Shown piece by piece: positions 13,001 to 25,300 of a stretch of DNA of 64,000 bases. The stretch spans positions 22,940,001-23,004,000 of the forward strand of contig NC_087258.1 in the NCBI RefSeq assembly GCF_037042905.1. Reading direction: 5' to 3'. Position 1 is the stretch's first letter; each line of letters starts with the position of its first letter. Source of the stretch: Lytechinus pictus (lineage: Eukaryota). A program made the position numbers and the translations under genes. Below the pieces are notes generated by a model. The model was given only the letters and a program-made list of their open reading frames with translations, ran no database searches and was not told the origin of the DNA.

Positions 13001-13543
13001 AAAATGAATTTTTGGAGTATTTCTTTTTCAGATTTCTATATCAAATAATAAAATAGGGATATTAATTTTCATTTTTCACTTGAATGATAGCATGCTAATT
13101 CACGACTCAATATATGGTATTCATATTGCAATTGTGTTACCAACTAGCAAAAGAGGTACCTTTCCTCTCAAAAACATTTAGTTTCAGAAATAAAATTATA
13201 TAATTTTTCATTTTCTGTACTTATACTCATATAATATATCTCAAAATATATAGTTTAAGACTAGATATTTATAACCAAGAGCATAGGCTTGTTTGAGCAT
13301 GGGGAGGTGCACATCATGGGGAGGTGGAACTAAAGTGTTATGGGGGTGCACGTCTTTGGGAGGTGGAACTAAAGTTTGAAAAATCAGCTGTTGAAAGCAG
13401 AAGGGGTACAAATTAAGTTTTGCTTGCCAGTGTTGGAACTCCTCTGCCTCAGCTGGAGGGTGCCTGTGCACCCCCAGCCTACGCCCTTGATAACACAGAG
13501 TCAATGAGAGACCACACAAGTGTTGGTCAGTGTGCCCACTAAG

Positions 13544-13853
13544 AGGCCCGTATTCTGAAGTCAGGTTTAACTTAGACTATGGTCTCTGTGCTAAAATTAT
13601 GGGAAGCCAAAGGTGTCAAAATATGTTATTAAGTTGTATGTTTCTCATGTTTGCTGTGCTCTTTCCTGATTCATCGATGGTGAAGACAATCATCTATTTA
13701 TACTTCCTAGACAATTATGAATGATTTGAGAGCCAAATGAGCTGAAATATGATATATCTACCGTTAGTGATTTATAATACGATTGGCTTTCCATACTTAA
13801 ACCACAACTTTAAACCCGAGTTTAAGTTAAACCCGACTTCAGAATACGGGCCT
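13544..13853. mobile_element. MITE (Harbinger-like)
   Basis: About 30-bp TIR AGGCCCGTATTCTGAAGTC.GGTTTAACTTA; flanking AAG direct repeat. Confidence 0.85.
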
Positions 13854-13913
13854 AAGAGTTGAATATACTTGACCCTGGGTCCTAACACATGAATCTGCAG
13901 TAGGGGGTGAGGA

Positions 13914-14412
13914 GGTACTTAGTCCAGGCTGAAAATCATTAATGCAATATATAAAGCAAAATTAAACAAGCAAAAAACACAGAAAATTTCATCAAATATA
14001 ACGTTATCAAAATTTTCACTTAATCATGTTTTTGGTGTAACAGTTGTATGCATGTTGTCTTGAATATGCAATGATTAGACTGATGATATTATATCCCCAC
14101 TTTCCTTTTTCTTATTTCATGATATAAAATGAGATATTCTTTTTCATTCATGAGTTTGTGTAAAAGTTAGTTTCATTGATGATGATCTTACACATTAAAT
14201 CAAGTCAATCTCATTTCATACAAAAAAAGTACAAAATAACAAATAGGGAAAGGACATAACCGGGTGTTCATTGCATATCCATGAAGACACAAAACTTCAA
14301 AATCTCACATCTTTGTTATTCTTCGTCCAATTTTTATCACATTTTTATCATTTTGCTCATCTGATGTTGGTCAATCAATTTAAATCATATTATTTTCAGC
14401 CTCGAGTACCAC
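13914..14412. mobile_element. Older Kolobok-like MITE
   Basis: ccaggctgaaaat ... attttcagcctcgagtaccact|TTAA; internally similar to the 12168-12728 family. Confidence 0.55.
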
Positions 14413-15297
14413 TTTAATTGCATATTTCAACCTACTGTTCTGTGTGATTAAAAGTGGGTATGTTGGTATGTGCATTCAACAATAATCTTGTACGCCAAAC
14501 TGGAGGCTAGCAGAAGAGCTCAAGGCACATGTCCATCCTGTATGGTGTTTACTATTGTGAATGATTGAAATTATTCACTCAGGTGCTGATATCTTGTAAA
14601 TAAATCAATACTGAATTTACGATTCAATAGTATGTAATTGAAAGTGATGTTTTTGTACATTATATAAATTGTAAAATCAATAAGCATGAATGAACAATAC
14701 AATATACTTTTTTAATCTCTGTATATTTACATATGGTTTTTTATTAGCAATAACATTTATATAAAATATCAAATTGACAAAATCCATTAATTTGTTATGA
14801 TTGTATTCTGTCTTTAGTCCATTATAAACTAGGTGGTAAGACAATAGTCTTCAGGCACAGACCTTTAGTTTTTGCACAGTGCATGATGCAAGAGTCTGAA
14901 GAAGTGAGACTAGATTGTCTCATGTACTGTGACTGTTTATATCATTCGACGCACACACAGAGGGTTTGGAGTCTAGTCTCCCAACTAGACATGGTATCAT
15001 TTGTTAAAAGTGTCATATTTGAGTCTGTGCTTGCAGACTAGAAAGCCATCCCGTAGTAATGCCCCAAATTTACAAACATAAATAGGTTTGACAAGCTTGC
15101 CAATCACTATGACATATACTCAATGCTCAAGGAATTCTATTGCAGGTCTATTACATCTCTGAAAATCTTTAGGTTTTAGCACGTAGGAAGTAGGAGCAGC
15201 AAACAAAATTCTCAATGGAGGTTCTCAACGAGACCTTTATCGTCATGATACTCTCTTTCTGCTACACACTGAGCATTCTTTTTACTCTATTCCTCCT

Positions 15298-15467
15298 GGG
15301 GTTTCATAAAGCTGTTTTTAAGTTAGGAGCAACTTCAAGAAAGACTGGTGATTCTTTCTTACGCGCTTTACCATTAACACTTTGGTGTAAACCATTTACC
15401 ACAAGAAAGGATAACCAGTCGTTCTAAAGTCACTCTTAACTTCCAAACAGCATAATGAAACACCCAG
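15298..15467. mobile_element. Palindromic GTTTCATAAAG MITE (Harbinger-like); copies at about 45558-45735, 57617-57761, 63212-63392
   Basis: TIR gtttcataaagctgtt / aacagc..atgaaac shared by several copies. Confidence 0.7.
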
Positions 15468-15469
15468 CT

Positions 15470-16229
15470 GAGCCTGAAGGGCTACTTCTTCCTTCAAATT
15501 TATTTTGAATACCTGATTGCTGTCAGGTATAAACAAAGAAACATCAGCAATGGTTGCTTATTTCACTTTCTTCTTCTACATTCAGAGTATGCTTTTGCCT
15601 CTGTTCTTATTGTCTTGTTGACTTGTGACTTCCTTCAAAAACATTTCAATCATTTATTTGCAGTATGGCATAACAAAGACACATCAGCATGGGTTCTTTA
15701 TTCTACCCTCCTTCCGCTTTACCAGGAGTGTGCTTCTGGCTCTGTTCTTGCAATTTCCTGGTCTTGCAAGGCTGGTTCTTCCTTCAAACACATTTTTAAG
15801 CAATTGACAGTCACTTATAATGACTGATAATACTCTCATTTGTCTAGACCTCATGCTTCTCCTGTTTCTGGCTCCATTCTTGCAATCTCCTGGTCTTCGA
15901 AGGCTAGATCTTCCTTCACATACATTCTAACCATCTTTTTGCAGGCAGTCACTACAAAGACACATCAATAACAATCTGCTCGTGTTTCCGGTTCTCTCCT
16001 TACGTTCTCCCAGTCTTGTTAGGGCTTGTTCTTTCGTCATATATATTGTTGCCGTTTGATTGGAGCCAGGTCAAACAAGGAAACATCAGCAGTGATAAAA
16101 CTGTTATTCTCCTTGACCTTGCGCTTTTGCCTCTCTCCTTGCATATCCCCAGGCTTGTGAAGCCACTTCTTCCTTTAGACACATTGTAGCATTTTGTTTC
16201 CAGTCGGGTATAACCAAAAATCCTCAGGG
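15470..16229 (-). repeat. Degenerate tandem copies (about 6, period roughly 120-140 bp) of the 3' part of the MRPS22 terminal exon
   Basis: Copies translate as LKEEVASQAWGYARREAKAQGQGE*, VKEDLAFEDQEIARMEPET, LKEEPALQDQEIARTEPEA versus the exon's [24 protein letters not shown]. Confidence 0.8.
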
Positions 16230-16334
16230 TTATTCTGCCAGACCTTGTGCTTCTGGTTCCCTTCTTGCATTCTCCCAGGCTTGGAGAGCCAGTTCCAGTT
16301 TCCCAGAGTGATGCGAGTCCAGTCTGATGTAAGC
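16230..16334 (-). CDS. MRPS22: MRPS22 terminal exon 8
   Basis: [34 protein letters not shown]; acceptor tttgcag|. Confidence 0.85.
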   Translation of the reverse strand, partial: AYIRLDSHHSGKLELALQAWENARREPEAQGLAE

Positions 16335-19300
16335 CTGCAAAATACAAAGGATCAGACAATGAATTAGGAATTGATGATAACAATCTGATGGTATGGATAT
16401 CGTGGAAGAGGTTTATGGTACACCATGTCCTAAAGATTGACAATCAACCTGCATCAGATATTCAGATATTCAAAATTTTTTGTCATGCTCAAAATAAAAA
16501 GAAATTACATTGGCATAAAAATCATATTCCGGCTGTTGGTAAACAAAGAACAATATATAACATATAATCATATGATAAATAATTACAAAAATAATGGCAT
16601 TAAATATACAATACAAAATTACACAGTGACATAATACTAACCCAAAACAATCTAATAGTACGCTGCAAGGGCAGCTGCACTGAAACTCTACCTGATGCCG
16701 ACATTGAGCAAACACCACGCCACAACATATCACACTACAAAAACACAAAAACCCACCCACATCATACCATAATAAACACATTACAAAAACTCCACACCAA
16801 AAACACACCCCATATCACACATTACAAAAACACATCACACTACAACACAACTCACAACACATCATACCAATCCACATTACACACCACTCAAGGTCATCAA
16901 CAACACTGATGTCGAAACAGCACCCATCCAGTGCTGAAAACCACCACCACGCCCGGCGGTCCCCCCACAGGACCAAGCAGCATAGCCTCAGCACAGCCGC
17001 CCCTGCAATGTATAAAAGTACCTGAAACATCAAGTTTCATGCAGAAGAAAGTTTAATTCTCAATGCAATCACAAAACCTACCACACTCTTAACCGATATG
17101 AAATATATAGCACAGTCGTGTTGAGTTTTCAAACACTACGGTATATGTCCTACGTTAAATGAAATTTCATAATTATAATAATGATGTCTCCTCCAGTCTT
17201 GGTTTCTACAAAATAAGGCACTCATGGTGCTTGCTCTGAAACAAAATGGGGTATGATTCAAATGGTACACATCTCATGCAAATTAACAACTAAAGTATGT
17301 CTTAATAAATTTCAAATCAAAATACATGACATTCAAGACATTGCACTTTTCTTTCTGTATGAAATTACATTTTTCTTTCTGGATGTATCCTTAGGTGCTC
17401 AATAAGTTTTTGGCATACTTTGATAATTCTTTGTAGTTTACAAAAAGTTTTGTCTTACCTTAATAAGCTCTACAGAGTCTAGGTTGTGTTCTTTGGCATC
17501 CTGAGCGACTGGACTTGTCGGATGGATGATGTTATATAAGTGGATAAGATCTACTGCCTCATCAAACCTGTAATAACAAAATACAAGGAAGCATGAATGT
17601 TTGGTGCATAAAAGTTAGGGAAACAAACTTTCGAATTGTGATTTTGTTGTTCCATCAAACGAAAAATTATAACACAATACATTTTAGCGGTGGGTTGTTT
17701 AAATATAAATAATAATAATTCAATATTTATATAGCGCCTATCAAAATTTCTCTAAGCGCTTTACATCACAAAACCTAAGTACTTAACTTAACAAACTAAA
17801 CTCACTTATCAACTTAACTACCTTACATATCTAAAATACCAACTTAACTACGGACAAATTAACTGTAAATATCATACTATTGATGGAAGAGATATGTCTT
17901 AAGTGCTACTTTAAAGGAACTTAGAGAAGAATGGGATCTTAAGCTAAGAGGAAGTGAGTTCCAGAGTTTAGGAGCAACAACTGAAAAGGCTCTGTCGCCA
18001 TGGGTGTAAGAGGTTGCCTTGGGAACAATTAAATGGTTCTTGTTGGATGACCGAAGTGATCGGGAGGGTTGGTAGGTGTTGATCATGCTCATGATGAATG
18101 AAGGGGACTTTCCTTGGATGCTCTTGAATGTTATTGAAGTAATATGTCCTCATATTACTCATATGTCCTCATATTGTAGGGATGATCCAGACTCATTAAG
18201 AGCTCGAAGATAAATAGTCATGTCATGTCCCCTTGAAATTTCCAATCTTGTCAAACTGCTCAGGGAACGCTTCCTGTAAGTCCCGCACTGACTGTATACG
18301 GTGTCGTTCAGTCTTCTCCTTCACAGATTCTCGTATCTCATTGATGGTGACAATACCAAGCTTTGTGCATGTTGGGAGTCCAACAATGATTGGTCCATTC
18401 GCGTCTACGACATACCAAGTCTGCTTTTCCCAACGTGAGTCTTTGAATTGACTTGAGATGACTATGGTACCCAGACAAGGAAGTTGAGTTTCGCCGTACG
18501 CTGTCAACTGCGCATGAGTGGGAGTGCTTGTATCTCATAAGTTCCAAGCGATGTATTCTGAAGTTCACCTTGACCTTCAGCTGATCCTCAAATAAGCTCC
18601 ACAACTTATCAGGCTTATCTTGCTCCTCTGGAGATAGACCTGAGGCATTAATCTTTCTGAGGCCTTCGTTACCTAGAGCTATCTTAATTTTAGTTGCTTG
18701 TTTCCTAGGATCTTCTATGTTATTATCTAACAAACACAGCTCGGTTCTCTGTTTAAACAGTTTAAACTCTTCAGCTACATTGCTGACACTCCAGTTCATT
18801 TCTGGAAATCTGGCCATGATTGCTTTGTGTCAAGGCCAACAAAATATGAAGATGTATTGTGTAGTTTGACTGTTAACACTGGCAAAATGCAATGTAATGT
18901 GATTTGTAGGAATGCTTTACATCAATATAAATTCATGCAAAATTCACATTTACACATATAATAATATACACCAATTGCATGTACAATTAAAACAATCATG
19001 TAGTTGCAAAAACTATCACAATAACGCACAGTCACATACAATATGATTTGACTTGGACCGAACTCTCTGGTCCTGGAACCGATATACTCAGAGAACAAAT
19101 ATAAAATGTGCTTTTAGACAACGTACACTTGTAAGATGAATCAAAATCATCAACTAGTTTGCATGAATATTGACCTGGATATATGTATTCACACTTTAGA
19201 CCTCATCCGGTCCTGGACTACACATCAACTAGGATTTGGCTTTAGATTCGCCTTGCTGGACCTGGTCTTATCAACATATACCTTAGACCTATTTGCCAGT

Positions 19301-22300
19301 GGTCCTGGACTATCAACTAGATTCAGTATCAGATTAAACTGAATCAATATCTGGACCTGTTTACATTTGGTCCTGGACTGGTCTAGACTATTTAGACCTA
19401 ATAAATCCGAATTACTCTTTGGACCTATTTAGACTTGGTCCTGGATCAGTAGCTTTACCTTGCTTTGGGCCTGTTTGGTCCTGGAATCCTATAAACACTA
19501 CCGTAGATCTAGACTAACTGCCTCTTGGACCTGCAGATTGGTCCTATTACTTAGCCCTATTCTGGCTTGGACTAGTCTAGATTTAATCTAGGCTAGGTCT
19601 AGTTTCTTCCTAGCTGACAACACTTGGCCTAGTTCTTGCCAAGAAACATGCTTCAAAACATTGAAACATTAAATCGGTCCTGATTTATAGACCCATTAGT
19701 CTACACATTTAGATCTAGGCTTAGATTTAAATTTGACTGGTTCTGCAGTCTCACTCTTAAAATTCTAACCTAGTGGTCACGCTTAGATAAAGCGCTGAAC
19801 AGCTATAACATACTTAACGTTCTAGTCTAGAACTGGTCCTGGTCCTGTTCAATTTTGGACCTTATCATCCTTTTATCAAGGGTTCTAACTAATACTAAGT
19901 TCTATAACGTACGTTAGACTAGATTCTTATCTAGGTCATTTAGATATCTAGAAATCTAGATCAGACTGATTGACAATAATTGAATAAACATATCACAAAT
20001 TGGATATTGACACACATCAATCACAACAAAAATGTCAACAGCTAGTATCAAGAATTGGTATCGATTGAATAATGCAAAGTCAACGATATTGATACATAAA
20101 ATGACATGAAAATGTGATTATGAGTCCACAGTAGAACTGAGTTCAGGATTTAAAATTCAAATGATTTTCCATCTGATCTGTTCGTCAATGTCATTTGATT
20201 GATCTAAGTTCTCATCTCTTTTTCTCTCTGACGATAGGTTCTGCATTCATTTCAACATCAAATTCGAGTTCAGTGTATAAATCATTCATCACGATCACGT
20301 TGACAACCTTGCACTATCGCGATGACGATGATCGATCGTTGATCGGCGCTGTCACCCGTTCTGATCCTTCCGGCCAGCAACGCAACAGTTCTGTTTTGTC
20401 CCAGCTAAGTAACAGTTCTGAACTCCTGGTCCCGGTCCTGGTCCAGTCGACACTCGACAACATTATCAATGACAGTGGTGATCTAATGTGTGCCCGTAAG
20501 CGTCCATAAAACTCACACATATTCACCCATTCAGTAGCAAAATAAAAACGACCCAGCAATTAATGTGTGCCGCTCGAGCGTTCATATAACTCACACATAT
20601 TGCGGTACCGGTACCGTACTCCTATCGTCTGCGTCGCAGGTTCCGAGCGTTGATCGTTCAACCAAAATTAGCGTCGAGAGCAAACGACCGTGGCAATGTA
20701 TGCTCCTTAGCGTCCATAAAACTTACACATTGCTCACTTTCCCGTTCCAAGGATTGATCAAAATATCAACAGCATCACCGCTGCCACCATGAAGTAATAT
20801 GTCCTCATATTGTAGGGATGATCCAGACTCATTAAGAGCTCGAAGACATAATAAATAGTCAGAGTACAATCAGTCTTAGGAACTAGTAGCCATGATGTTT
20901 ATTGCTCTAATGTCATAAATAGTCATGTCATGTTCAATAGTCATGTTCAAACTTGTTACAAACCAACAGCAAAAGGAGGAGGATTTTGAAGAGGATACGC
21001 TTCTCTACTGGTAGCCAGTGCAGTTGCTTGAGTGATTTGGATATATATATCAGAGCTGCCAACATTGGGATGATAGAATCCAGAAGATTTCACAGAGGTA
21101 TGATTTTTTGAGGGAGCGCGGCGAAATGTCCCATGGACGGGAATTTTGGGTAGCAAAACAACATTAAGAAACAACATTTGATAGTATCTGACAGCTGTCT
21201 AAACCAGAAAGTCAAAAAGGGGCCTAAGCTTTCGATCCTAGCAGAATCTTCGTCGGAGGCAAAATGACAAACATATAAAGTGGAACAACCATAATATAGA
21301 CCACAAACAAGCTACAGCAACACTAGAAACAAGGAGACAAAAGGGGCATTAGTGAGTAGAGAAGACCAATCAGGTTAGTGAAGGGGATGAAAGAAAAGGA
21401 GTAGGCAGACACAAAGGGAAGTTAGTGTAAGTAAGGCCAGTAAAAGACCTCAAGCCAAGAGGGATTAAAATAATGAGGCAGGCAACATCAAACAGGATCT
21501 GGAACAAAACAGTGATAATGGGATGAAAAATTTTGGCACAGAGATTTAAATGCACATTAGAGAGATTTCATAAATTGTCATTGACTAAAAATATACTTCA
21601 AGCTTCAGGCAATACAGTAGCGAGTAGAACATAACATGATTCATAAAAGAAGGCATTCAACATGAATGAAAATACCTTTATTGTCCATAGGGGGAAGGGG
21701 CTGCAGTAGTGGTAGATGAGCTTGCCTGGCCCTGTAAGTGTAAAGACTTATATGTGCCCTGTTTAAAGTCTCTGAGGGCCGAGGGATTCCTGAGAAAATT
21801 GCCTTTTTGTTGCAAGGCGCGCACAGCCAGCCAGCGCCAGGCCAGCTCACTCACCAAAGAGAAAATGTTTGAATCCGATCAACCCAAGTGAAAGTAGGCA
21901 AGAAAATCTCCACTTTGCTTCTGTTCTTCAGGATTGTCAATAAAATTATTCCTAAAAGTCTGGGTGTAATTATAACAGTAACCCATCGTTGATCCACAGT
22001 TTCAGCTCGAATAAAGCGCACACAAGCTTCCGAAAAATGCATCGCAGTGCTCGTGGACTTCCCTTCTCGCATAGCCTCCTGCCGCGGCGCGGTCTGCTGT
22101 AGACCAGGCAGGGCCGCGCCGGGGGGCATGTGCATGGAGTGCCGCTGAAGTGTTTCCATCACACATATTGCAAAACCAGGAAAAAAAATTGCTTGTTAGA
22201 CTAATTCACCAGTCGTTCGGTAAAATTATCTTCATTTACATTGGAAATCAATGTACGATTATACAAAAACTAGTAAAAGCTACTGGGTAAAATTAAAATG

Positions 22301-25300
22301 TGATAAGGAGGTTCCACGTGGGTATAAAGGGACTTGAACATGCTAGACTCGTAAAACAGTCGTTTGTATGAATTTTACAATTTAACAGCTAAAAATCACG
22401 ATTATCCGGGAGATTTTGGCATGGGGTCGGGAGAACGGGAGATTAGATCGAAATCCAGTATTCTCCCGCAGGATCCGGGAGACTTGGAAGCTCTGATATA
22501 TATTTGGATATAAATGCAGCTTTTCGTGTGCTCTCCTGAAAATTTCAAGTTTTCAAAATTTAAAAGCCTGTCTAAAGCTTTGGATTTTGGGTCAGTAATG
22601 TGAACTATAGTATCTTAATACCATGACTAGCCAGTTTAAGAAAATAGCCTGTGTGGACAGATTCTTAGAATATCTATGACCTTGTGACCGAGCAGTTTGA
22701 AGGAATCCATCATCTGGATTAGCAATGCTACCTACTCAAGCAAAATACAGATTGGTAGAGGTTACAATCAGTTTGACGTGAGCAGTACTACCACTTCCGG
22801 AAGTTGCACCTCCCCCCACATTGATCCCGACAAAGGTCGTGATAAATTGGCCACAGTTTATTCCCACAACCATCGTGTGGTAAGATTTGGAGTTTTCATT
22901 CCTGTGCCGTAAAATTTTACTCCAACTAGGAAATTACGACCGAACACAATTAGTAACATCAAGTCCAGCTGCACATACATCATTCTTAAGCTATGAATCT
23001 ACTCTACCCACCCAAATTATATTTTGATGGGGGTGTGCCTCACGAAAACCCTGAAATGGAGGTCCAAAGGAACTGACTACAAGGGTAAAATACAGGGTCT
23101 TGTGCTGGTGCTGTGCATTTGGGCACTCACCATGCATGGTGCCAGCGGCGTGGTATAGATAATGGGAATAAGAAGCCGTGCTTGCAGCTAGCTTTGCAGT
23201 GCTCGCGCTGCACAATTTAGGCAGGGCTGTGGAACGGAGATATTTCGTAACAGGGGTCTTGTGAACGGCTTCTGAACAGAACTTCTGTCTTTCGGATTAT
23301 CTAGAGAACTGAAAATGAAGTCTGAAAAAGGAGGTTATCAAAGGGGCACGTCCCCGTACCACCAATGTATGTAAGTGCTCCCCCCCCCCCCCCCCAGGAC
23401 CCAGCCATGCTATAATAAAAAAGAAAATTGAATTTTTCTTCATCCACCTCTCTAATATGAATTTAAAAAAAAACCTCATTAACTCACAAATCTCTCTGAA
23501 TCATATCTGTCAATAAGCCATCTATCCTCTTATGTTTGGTGAAGTAGTAAGCCATACCACCGAAGTGTCTAGTGGATCGAAGAAGGTCGTACCTCTCATT
23601 GCTGGCAATGTCTTCATAGGCCTTTTGATGAACCTGGTAGAAAAGGAGAGGGAAGAAAAAGGAGAGAGATGGATTGATTATTATAGATAAAGGTAAAAGA
23701 AAGTAGTTGCAGCAAACAAATCTTTCATCAGAAAGCCTTTAAAATCAAGGTTAATTACCACAATCTTATCATAGATCTAGATCTTGTACATTGAAATCAA
23801 CTCATCTTTGTGAAATCATGAAATCTTAGCTGAGATCCGATAATTCTGATGATAACTAACACAAAAAGCAAAATTATGTGGGACAGTGTATTAAAGGAGA
23901 ATGAAACCCAAAATTGAATACCACATAATATCATCGATAAGTACATGACAATCAAAATGAATCCACTTTCTGATTTCCTAGTATGGAGTACCACCTCTTC
24001 AAAGTTGGGCTTCTTCAGGTTCGAAGTCTCTAAATGGAGATCGCCATTGTTGCGGGGTTCGTTCAAAATTGTGACGTCAGCAACGAACAACTGCTCTCGG
24101 TAGTACGTACCGGTACTTCCATGTATTGTGCATAATGCATAGCTAGCTATATGGGCTGAAACCGCCCCCAAGTTTGCATAATATAGATACTATTTTTTAC
24201 CAGAAATAAATAAAATATACACATAAAACACTTGAAAAAATTATCAAAAAGCTATTTAAATTATTTTATGGTTTAAAAACACAAATTGATGAGTTTTGAT
24301 GAAAATTTTTACACATTTATTTACGATATCCAAATTGGCAAATTTGACAAAGCTAAATTTGTACGTACTGTCATATACCCTGAACCAAGTGATCGTGTTA
24401 TGTTGGAAGTTTGGTTATTTATCCCGATTGAATATCGGGAAATTGTTGATTGTGCTATATTTCCACATATCTAATGTTTATTATTTGTTACCGTCGATTT
24501 TAAACAAAACAAAACTTATCGCGTAAGTTTGTATTGAAATGGGAGGTCCGAGAGCCTACGACTTCGAGCCACAATACTCGGCAGAAGAAATCGCTCAACG
24601 AGAAGAGCTAGAGGCACACGGCGGCGCACGGTCAGAAGCAGCCACCCATTTTTTTTTTTTGGAGATATTTCTGGCCTCTTCTGCGGATCGTGAATTCGGT
24701 AATAGCTAGCTGCATTTTGTCCCCTTTTTATACCGATTTCGGCAGCTGTATGCCTGGAAGTATACCATCCTGATCAGCATTGGCCGATGTGTTTTACGCT
24801 AGCAATCACAGGCACGCGCCGGGGTCGGACAACGAGTTGTTCGTCGCTGAGGTCACAACCCCCCATGGAGATATGGGGAGTATGAGCAAAATGACGACCT
24901 CCACGGGTCTTTCGAATATAAAAATATTGATAACTTTGACTTGGCATATCATGGGAAATACGAAACCGTTCTGCCTCATTTTAATTTTATTTTAATTAGT
25001 GAAATGTAATCGGCTTATGACCAGATAATAAATCTATCCTTTCATTTTCCTTTAATATTGCTTGGAAAAATACCAGACATTTTATAGAATTCTGTGCTCA
25101 TTTTGCTAATTTCTCAGCAATTACACATTTTTTTACAGAGCCAATTGGCACATATTTTTTATTCACACATACAAACACTTGGGGGTATCATGTTATTGGA
25201 TTCTGTTTGAACTCATTTACAGGTCGTTACCACAACTGGTATTTATCATTAAATTTACTATTAGTTGAAAAGCAAAATTAATATTTATACCCATGTTCAT

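Noticed and set aside
16000-16443. 147-aa minus-strand ORF overlapping the MRPS22 last exon
   Set aside because: It is an alternative frame running through intron, exon and repeats, has a non-ATG start, and shows no homology.
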